DNA from: an uncultured Bacilli bacterium
GTDB taxonomy: Bacteria > Bacillota_I > Bacilli_A > RF39 > UBA660
Assembly (NCBI GenBank): GCA_947631105.1
Contig: CANRKD010000002.1
Span: forward strand, 1-54,597
DNA length: 54,597 bases
Reading direction: 5' to 3'
Part shown: one piece after another, positions 37,670 through 44,641 of the stretch
Layout: each line of letters begins with the position of its first letter
How positions within the stretch are numbered: the stretch's first letter is position 1
The notes under the pieces: model-generated
Database searches by the model: none
What the model was told of the DNA's origin: nothing
Seen by the model: the letters and a program-made list of their open reading frames with translations, nothing else
Made by a program: the position numbers and the translations under genes

Positions 37670-39211
37670 ATGGAAATATCTTATTTTAAAGACATTTATG
37701 AAATGTTAAGTCGTAAACATCCGAATTCTAAAATTTATATTATTAGTGATCATCATTTTTTTCATAAGAATATTCTGGCTTATCAAAGACAAGAATTTAA
37801 CACTCTAGAAAGTATGCATGAATTCATAATTCATCAACATAATCAAGTGATTGAAGAAAAGGATATTGTATTATTTCTTGGGGATTTTTCCTTTAAGAAA
37901 TCAGAAATATTTTCTATTGTGAAACAAATGAAAGGCATTAAATATTTATTAATGGGTAATCACGATCAAGATATATCTCATAATTTTGGAAATTATGGTT
38001 TTGAAGGAATTTTTACTATTCCGGTAAAATTGCAAAATATTTATTTATCTCATCAACCCTTATTAGAAGAAGAAAATATGAATTTAAATTTGCAGTTATT
38101 AATTAAGGAATTTCAAAATAGTGATGGAATGAATTATCATGGTCATCTTCATAAAGATTTTATAAATAATCCTCGTTATCATAATGTGTGCTGTGAAGTT
38201 ATTAATTATCAACCTATATATATTGGCACGACAAAATTTATAAATAATGATAAAGAGTTATTTATCAATACGGAATTTTTTTCTCAATTATTAAAAGTAG
38301 TTCATAAAGAAAAAAATATAAATCCTCGTTTTCTTATTTCTGATTATATATATTCCAGTTTTCTAAATGCATTAGAACCTTATGAAGAGACGAGTTTTAT
38401 TTATGGCTCATATCCTCTTTATAAAAAATATGGATTGATTTCTAATTTTTCTGATTTAGATGTTGTGCAAATTTATAATCCGGAAATTAGTAAAGGAAAA
38501 AATGTACAAATTTTAAAACTTTTATTTCAAGAAGTTTTTGATTCTGTAAAAACGATTGATGATATAAATTTTTCTTTATATAAAAAATTTAATAATATGG
38601 CTATTTTTGAATTTTTATATGCTAATAAAGATGGCCATTGGTATAAAGGATATTTTGACAGTAATCTTGTTCCTTTAAATTGTTATAAAAAAAGTGATTT
38701 TGTAAAATTTACTGGTGGTAGCTATTTTGAATTTATATTAGAAAAAATGGGAATAAAACCGGATTGTCTTTTTCCTAAATATGATGCTCAGTTTTTAACG
38801 ATTAATGGAGATATTGCCAATTTAATTTTACAAATTCTTTTTCAATCCAATTTTAAAGAGAAAAAGAAAATGGCATTTTCTAAATTAAAAAATATATACA
38901 ATACATATGGAATAAAGGATATTGAAAATGTTTTGTCATTAGATGATATGATCACTCGTTTTTTTCTGCGTAATCTTTCTTTTTTTCATATGACCAAAAG
39001 AAAAAATGAGTTCGATTATATTAAAGAAGTAGATCCAGCTACTTTTCGAGCTATTTTTACTGGTTTGCCTGATTCTTTAAAAAATCAGTTGGAGGAAATA
39101 TTTTTAAATTCTAGTTCTGTTTTTTCAAAAACTTTTCAAGAAATAAAGCAAACAAAATTTGAAGAAATTACTAAAAAAAATGATGAATTGATTCGCTCTT
39201 TAAAAAAATAA
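37670..39211 (+). CDS. Fusion protein: N-terminal calcineurin-like metallophosphoesterase plus C-terminal Pol-beta-type nucleotidyltransferase-like region
   Basis: MPE motifs IISDHHFFHKNI, LGDFSF, GNHD, GHLH, NVCCEVINYQP (residues 1-190). The C-terminal part has YGSYPLYKKYGLISNFSDLDVV, fitting G[SG]-x(9-13)-[DE]h[DE]h (Gly246; Asp262 and Asp264 at 38453-38461). Confidence 0.7.
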   Translation: MEISYFKDIYEMLSRKHPNSKIYIISDHHFFHKNILAYQRQEFNTLESMHEFIIHQHNQVIEEKDIVLFLGDFSFKKSEIFSIVKQMKGIKYLLMGNHDQDISHNFGNYGFEGIFTIPVKLQNIYLSHQPLLEEENMNLNLQLLIKEFQNSDGMNYHGHLHKDFINNPRYHNVCCEVINYQPIYIGTTKFINNDKELFINTEFFSQLLKVVHKEKNINPRFLISDYIYSSFLNALEPYEETSFIYGSYPLYKKYGLISNFSDLDVVQIYNPEISKGKNVQILKLLFQEVFDSVKTIDDINFSLYKKFNNMAIFEFLYANKDGHWYKGYFDSNLVPLNCYKKSDFVKFTGGSYFEFILEKMGIKPDCLFPKYDAQFLTINGDIANLILQILFQSNFKEKKKMAFSKLKNIYNTYGIKDIENVLSLDDMITRFFLRNLSFFHMTKRKNEFDYIKEVDPATFRAIFTGLPDSLKNQLEEIFLNSSSVFSKTFQEIKQTKFEEITKKNDELIRSLKK

Positions 39212-39233
39212 ATGTAAAGTTGTTTCTTATTTT

Positions 39234-39263
39234 TAGACATTTTAATGTAAAGTATGATATGAT
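39234..39263 (+). promoter_or_regulatory. Possible extended -10 promoter of the SPFH/zinc-ribbon block
   Basis: TAGACA (39234-39), 18 nt, TGaTATGAT (39255-63). Confidence 0.4.
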
Positions 39264-39295
39264 GAAATAAATAAAAATAGGAAAGAAGTGAAGTT

Positions 39296-40513
39296 ATGGG
39301 ATTTATTAAAGCATTTAGTGGAGCAATTAGTGGAACGTTTGCAGATCAATGGTTAGAATTTTATGAACCACAACGTGGTGTATCAGCAACTGCAGCAATT
39401 ATTCCAGCAGTGGCTCACAATACAAATGCAGGGCGTGGATCCAACACAAGTGGATCAGAAAATATTATTTCCAACGGAAGTAAAATTATAGTACCTGAAA
39501 AAATGGCCTTAATTACTATGGAAAATGGGGAAATTACAGGTTTGATAGCGGAAGCAGGAGGATTTGAATTTAAATCAGATGATCCGAATTCTCAATCAGT
39601 TTTTAATCATGATGGAATTATTCAATCTATTGGTGGAGAAATAGTAGACAGAATAAAGTTTGGTGGACAACCTGGAACTCAACAATTAGCTTTTTATGTT
39701 AATTTAAAGGAGATACCTGGTAATAAATTTGGAACTCAATCTAAAATTTATTGGAATGATGCCTTTTTTGGAACCCAAGTTGGTGCTATTGTAAGAGGTA
39801 CTTATACATTACAAATTGTAGATCCATTATTATTTGTTAAAAATTATGTACCAGTAACATATTTACAACCTGGTTCTGAACCTTTTGATTTTGCCGATAT
39901 GAATAATACGGCTGCTGAACAATTATTTGATGAAGTAGTAGGTGCATTATCTGCAGCATTCTCCAATTATACGAATGATCCAAGTAGAGAAAATAGTATG
40001 ACAAAAATTCAAGGAGATCAAATTGGATTTGCTAAAAGCCTATCACAAGCTGTAGAAGAAGCATATCAATGGAAAAGTAATCGTGGACTTGAAATTATTA
40101 AAACAGCTATACTAGCTATAGAGTATGATGAAGATACGGAAAAATTAAGAACAGAGGTCAATGCCGCAGATGCTTTTGCAGGAGCAAGAGGGAATTCTTT
40201 TATGCAACAATCTATTGCACGTGGACTACAAGCTGCTGGTGAAAATGGTGGTGGAGCCAATATGGCATTTATGGGTATGGGTGTAAATGCTGCCGGAAGC
40301 GTTATGAACTCTGTGCAACAACAACCAACTCCATCAAGTTATCAACCTAATTTTGCTGCTGGACAACAAACAACTGGAGAAAATAATAATAGTACTAGTA
40401 ATAATAGCAGTGTTGATACAGAAAAATTGTTAGAAATGAAAAAACTTTTGGATGCCGGTGCTATTACTCAAGAAGATTATGATAAAGTAAAAAATCAAAT
40501 TTTGGGGATTTAG
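39296..40513 (+). CDS. SPFH/Band-7-like protein (COG4260-type) with Q/N-rich linker and C-terminal SHOCT domain
   Basis: MGFIKAFSGAISGTFADQWLEFYEP...IISNGSKIIVPE is typical of the YdjI-like 'virion core protein-like' SPFH group. C-terminal LEMKKLLDAGAITQEDYDKVKNQIL is a SHOCT domain. Confidence 0.75.
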   Translation: MGFIKAFSGAISGTFADQWLEFYEPQRGVSATAAIIPAVAHNTNAGRGSNTSGSENIISNGSKIIVPEKMALITMENGEITGLIAEAGGFEFKSDDPNSQSVFNHDGIIQSIGGEIVDRIKFGGQPGTQQLAFYVNLKEIPGNKFGTQSKIYWNDAFFGTQVGAIVRGTYTLQIVDPLLFVKNYVPVTYLQPGSEPFDFADMNNTAAEQLFDEVVGALSAAFSNYTNDPSRENSMTKIQGDQIGFAKSLSQAVEEAYQWKSNRGLEIIKTAILAIEYDEDTEKLRTEVNAADAFAGARGNSFMQQSIARGLQAAGENGGGANMAFMGMGVNAAGSVMNSVQQQPTPSSYQPNFAAGQQTTGENNNSTSNNSSVDTEKLLEMKKLLDAGAITQEDYDKVKNQILGI

Positions 40514-40515
40514 TT

Positions 40516-42027
40516 ATGGAAAATGGATATAATCAAAATATTCCATCACCAAATAATGAAACGAATGAAGAAGTAAAAGTTGTAAAAACAGATATAGGAG
40601 CAAAGGACGGTCAAAATAAATGTCCTAAATGTGGAGCAACAGATATATCTTTAAATATAAATAATGGTAATTTAAGATGTAATTTTTGTCGCCATGAATT
40701 TGTTCCAGAAAAATTAGAAGGCATGCAAGACGATTTAAGTCATTTGCAAGGTCAGGTGATCGCTTCAGGAGCAACAGATATTGCTGCAGATACAAGCGAT
40801 TTAGTAACACTTAAATGTAGTAGTTGTGGAGCAGAAGTAGTTATTGACACATCTTCTACTGCTCAAGCTCGTTGTCATTGGTGTCGAAATACATTATCCT
40901 TGAATCAACAAATACCAAATGGTAGTATTCCTGATGTTTTACTTCCATTTAAAATTACAAAAGAGGAAGCAAGAAAAGAAATTGAATCTTTTGTTAAAAA
41001 AAGAAAGTTTTATGCTCATCCAAAATTTACTAAAGAATTTACAACAGAAAATATTATGGGTGTTTATTTTTCCTATATGATTGTGGATGTAAATTCTCAT
41101 GTTTTGCTTTCGGGAAATGGAGAACATTTAGTTCGAGAATATACAGAAGGATCAGATGAAAATAGAGAAACTTATTATGATGCCGATTTGTATGCAGTAG
41201 AAAGAGAATTTGATTTAGTAATAGATGGACTTACTATTGAATCAAATAGTGATAAATTAAATAAAAATTCAAAAGATAAGACCAATAATATCATTAATTC
41301 AATTATGCCGTTTGATATCGAAAATTGTATAAAATTTAATGCTAATTACTTAAAAGGTTATACATCTGAAAAAAGAGATACCAATATTGAACAATTGAAG
41401 CCTCTGATAGAAAGACAATCAAAAGATATTGCTCGTTTTTCTATCAATAATACTTTAGATCGATATGATCGTGGAGTTGCCTGGAAACAAGAAGAAATGA
41501 ATTTTATAGGTCAACAATGGAAATCAGCTTATTTACCTGTTTGGCTTTATAGTTATTTACAAGTCAAGGGCAATAAAAAAGTTTTGCATTACGTTGCTGT
41601 AAATGCTAGGACAAAAGAAACTATGGGAAGTGTACCAATTCATATTCCTAAATTGTTTGGTGTCTCCTTTTTTATAGAATGTTTAGGAATTGTTGCAATG
41701 ATGAATATAGATTTTGATAATAATTGGCTGTTCTTACTTGTTGGTTTCATATATTTTTTCATGATTTATATAAAATATCGTAATAATGATGTTCGTCATA
41801 AATATGAATTAGAAACGAAGACGAATGTTCAAAATCTTCATCGAGTCGATCATTTTATTCAAACAGAGAGAAGATTAAAAAATTTTCGAATGAAAGGCGC
41901 TAATAATACCAACGTAAGTGATACAAATATTAGTAGTTCTATTATCAATTCTTTGGTAGATAATAATGAATTGGCTAGTTTTATAAAAAATAATAATGAT
42001 AAAAATCAGAAAGGAGGCAATTTATGA
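40516..42027 (+). CDS. Double zinc-ribbon protein with a C-terminal membrane hairpin
   Basis: CPKCG-x15-CNFC and CSSCG-x15-CHWC ribbons, about 250 aa of unknown domain, then two TM segments (LFGVSFFIECLGIVAMM, WLFLLVGFIYFFMIYI). Confidence 0.7.
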   Translation: MENGYNQNIPSPNNETNEEVKVVKTDIGAKDGQNKCPKCGATDISLNINNGNLRCNFCRHEFVPEKLEGMQDDLSHLQGQVIASGATDIAADTSDLVTLKCSSCGAEVVIDTSSTAQARCHWCRNTLSLNQQIPNGSIPDVLLPFKITKEEARKEIESFVKKRKFYAHPKFTKEFTTENIMGVYFSYMIVDVNSHVLLSGNGEHLVREYTEGSDENRETYYDADLYAVEREFDLVIDGLTIESNSDKLNKNSKDKTNNIINSIMPFDIENCIKFNANYLKGYTSEKRDTNIEQLKPLIERQSKDIARFSINNTLDRYDRGVAWKQEEMNFIGQQWKSAYLPVWLYSYLQVKGNKKVLHYVAVNARTKETMGSVPIHIPKLFGVSFFIECLGIVAMMNIDFDNNWLFLLVGFIYFFMIYIKYRNNDVRHKYELETKTNVQNLHRVDHFIQTERRLKNFRMKGANNTNVSDTNISSSIINSLVDNNELASFIKNNNDKNQKGGNL

Positions 42028-42902
42028 ATTGCTCAAATTGTGGGGCTCAAAATAGTCCTGATTCCAAATTTTGTATAGAATGCGGGAGCGCATTAAATAA
42101 TACTACTCAAAATAATATGATAAATAATCAACAACCTTCAATGGAAAATATTCCTCCAGTCATGTCTAATGAACAAACAATACCAACTCAACAAACATCC
42201 GTAAATATGGCTGCTAATACAGCTACAGAAGTAGCTAATAATGCACCATTAAACTATATTCAATATTTAATATCTATTCTTATTAAACCATTTCAAGGAT
42301 TTAATAATGAAAAAAGTAAATTAAATAATTCTAAGAATTCTCTTATTTTAACTTTAATTGTTACTATCGTGATGACATTATCTACTTTAATAAGAACTAT
42401 TATAAATACAGTACATGTCAAAAACTTTAGTTTTCTTTCAGATAGTACCTATTCATGGGAGTTTAGCAGATTAAAAGATATTAATTATCTTGAAGTTGTT
42501 GGTAAAAACTTTTTGATATATGCAGGAATTATTTTAGCCATTGCTATAGTCTTTTATTTAGGAAGTTTAATTATAAAGAAACAAATGGATTTCTTTAAAT
42601 CATTATCTATTTCGGCAAGTGCTGCCATTCCAGCCGTTATAGCATCTATGATTCTTTCTCCCATTTTAACTTTAATATGGGCGCAGTTAGGTATTTTTGT
42701 ATCGATATTTGGCTTTGTATATTCTGTATTGATTTTATATGAACTAATCAATAGTGAATTAAAATTAGAAAATGATTTAAAAATATACTTTAATGTAATT
42801 TGTTTTGGATTATTACTTAGTATTGCTTATTATGTAGGAATGAAATTAATTATGAGTTCTGTTACTTCAAGTATAGGAAACGTTTTAGATTACTTTGATT
42901 AA
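42024..42902 (+). CDS. N-terminal zinc ribbon, Q/N-rich linker and Yip1-like polytopic membrane domain
   Basis: MNCSNCGAQNSPDSKFCIECG, then about 5 TM segments. Overlaps the upstream gene by 4 nt. Confidence 0.7.
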   Translation: MNCSNCGAQNSPDSKFCIECGSALNNTTQNNMINNQQPSMENIPPVMSNEQTIPTQQTSVNMAANTATEVANNAPLNYIQYLISILIKPFQGFNNEKSKLNNSKNSLILTLIVTIVMTLSTLIRTIINTVHVKNFSFLSDSTYSWEFSRLKDINYLEVVGKNFLIYAGIILAIAIVFYLGSLIIKKQMDFFKSLSISASAAIPAVIASMILSPILTLIWAQLGIFVSIFGFVYSVLILYELINSELKLENDLKIYFNVICFGLLLSIAYYVGMKLIMSSVTSSIGNVLDYFD

Positions 42903-42904
42903 TT

Positions 42905-44491
42905 ATGAATAATGATTTTAATTTAAATGAAGAAAATTCTTCTAATTTGGATAACGTTCAAAATGGAATGAATTCTTCTGAAGCAAATAATAGCAATGTT
43001 CAAAATGAAATGAATTCTTTTGGAACAAATAATAGTAGTGTTCAAAATGATATAAATTCTTTCAATTCAAACGCTGAAACTGAAATAAAGAAAAAAAATT
43101 ATTTTTCTGATATAAAGGAAAAAATAATAAAAAATAAAAAAAGTTTAGTTCTAGTGATAATGATACTCTTCGTAATTATTGGTTCTATCTTTGTGATTAA
43201 AAAGTTTTTCTTTAAATCTTCAGATTTTGCTAACTTTTTTAATCCAAATCAATTAATAAGTGTTGAAAAAGATGGTAAGTATGGTTACATAAATTCAAAG
43301 GGAAAAATGGTTTTAGATCCAATCTATGAAGAGGCTAGTAATTTTGTAGGAAATTATGCTGAGGTTGAGGTAAAAGATCAAGAAGGAAATTCAATTTATC
43401 AGTTAATAGATAGTAAGGGAAAGGTAAAGGCTGAAACAGATTCAGTATATGATATAGAGTATATTTCTGATTATAATGTTTGGGTGATTAATAATCAGTT
43501 ATATAATAGTTCATTAAAAAGATTATCTAAAGATAATGTCCAAGTGAGTTATCAAGATGATGGTTATTTATCATGGACTAACCAAAAAAATAAAACTGCT
43601 GGATATATGAATACAGAAGGAAAAGTTATTTATACTTATAAATTCCAAAATGATGAATATTTTTTTGATGTTAGTCCTTCAGACAGTTATTATGATAATT
43701 TAGAACAATATTGTATTATTAATGTGGAGAATAAAAAATATGGTATTGTAAATTGTGAAACAGGTAAGATTGTATATGATTTAAGTAATCATGATATTTT
43801 AGATGAAAATAATAATGTTTTTAGTATTTATAAAGATTCTGATATGGAAGAATTAGATTCAAAAATATTTGTTTATAATGATAAAATTGCTTATCAAACT
43901 AAAAATGAAAATGCTGATTTAGATTATTATTCTTATGGCTATTTGGTCATAAGAGAGGAAGAACAAAATTCTTATTATCTTCCTAAACAGGATAAAATAG
44001 TAAAAGAAGTGCCACAAATTTCGGATATGACTGTAGACGAAATTCCAGATGAATGGGAACAACTTACAAACATAAAAAAAGAAAAGTGTGATTCGAATTA
44101 TAAATTAGTGAAAAATAATAAAGATATTCTATCTTGTGAATGGGATAGCATTAAATATTTAGGTGTAGATCTTTATCAATATTTAAAGACAAAAGGAAAA
44201 GATTATGTTTATGCTTCTAAAGATAATAAAATGTATATTGTGGATTTAAAAAATGGTAAGATTGTAACAGAATTTAGTACTGTTAATATAAAAGTTGATG
44301 ATTATAGTACATTTATTTATTATCAAGATGCGGAGAATAAAAAAACAATTGTTTATAATCTTTTAAGTGGTAAATCATTAACAATTGATGCTAATTATGT
44401 GGATGTTTATGCAAATTATATTACTGTTGATGAGGATGATCATACCAATTATTATAATACTGATTTAAAATTGATCTATTCAGAAGAGTAA
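42905..44491 (+). CDS. Single-pass membrane protein with N-rich tandem repeats and a WG-repeat ectodomain
   Basis: TM segment LVLVIMILFVIIGSIFVI and KDGKYGYINSKGKMVLDPIYEEA-type WG repeats. Confidence 0.7.
   Translation: MNNDFNLNEENSSNLDNVQNGMNSSEANNSNVQNEMNSFGTNNSSVQNDINSFNSNAETEIKKKNYFSDIKEKIIKNKKSLVLVIMILFVIIGSIFVIKKFFFKSSDFANFFNPNQLISVEKDGKYGYINSKGKMVLDPIYEEASNFVGNYAEVEVKDQEGNSIYQLIDSKGKVKAETDSVYDIEYISDYNVWVINNQLYNSSLKRLSKDNVQVSYQDDGYLSWTNQKNKTAGYMNTEGKVIYTYKFQNDEYFFDVSPSDSYYDNLEQYCIINVENKKYGIVNCETGKIVYDLSNHDILDENNNVFSIYKDSDMEELDSKIFVYNDKIAYQTKNENADLDYYSYGYLVIREEEQNSYYLPKQDKIVKEVPQISDMTVDEIPDEWEQLTNIKKEKCDSNYKLVKNNKDILSCEWDSIKYLGVDLYQYLKTKGKDYVYASKDNKMYIVDLKNGKIVTEFSTVNIKVDDYSTFIYYQDAENKKTIVYNLLSGKSLTIDANYVDVYANYITVDEDDHTNYYNTDLKLIYSEE
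42956..43072 (+). repeat. 42-nt in-frame tandem repeat, about 2.8 copies
   Basis: Units 42956-42997, 42998-43039 and 43040-about 43072 encode VQNGMNSSEANNSN / VQNEMNSFGTNNSS / VQNDINSFNSN. Confidence 0.8.
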
Positions 44492-44593
44492 TAATCACAC
44501 TCATTTAAGAATGATTCTAGTATGATTAGAAAAAATGAATTTTTAAATGAAAATAATTAGAAATGCCGAAGTAGTTGAAATTAATTAAAAATG

Positions 44594-44625
44594 AGGATAA
44601 CTATTTGCTTTAGTTATCCTTTTTT
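44594..44625 (+). terminator. Hairpin plus T-run immediately before the SD of the vWA gene
   Basis: AGGATAACT (44594-602), 9-nt loop, AGTTATCCT (44612-20), T5, then GGAAAGGAG and ATG 44642. Confidence 0.7.
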
Positions 44626-44641
44626 GGAAAGGAGTATATTT

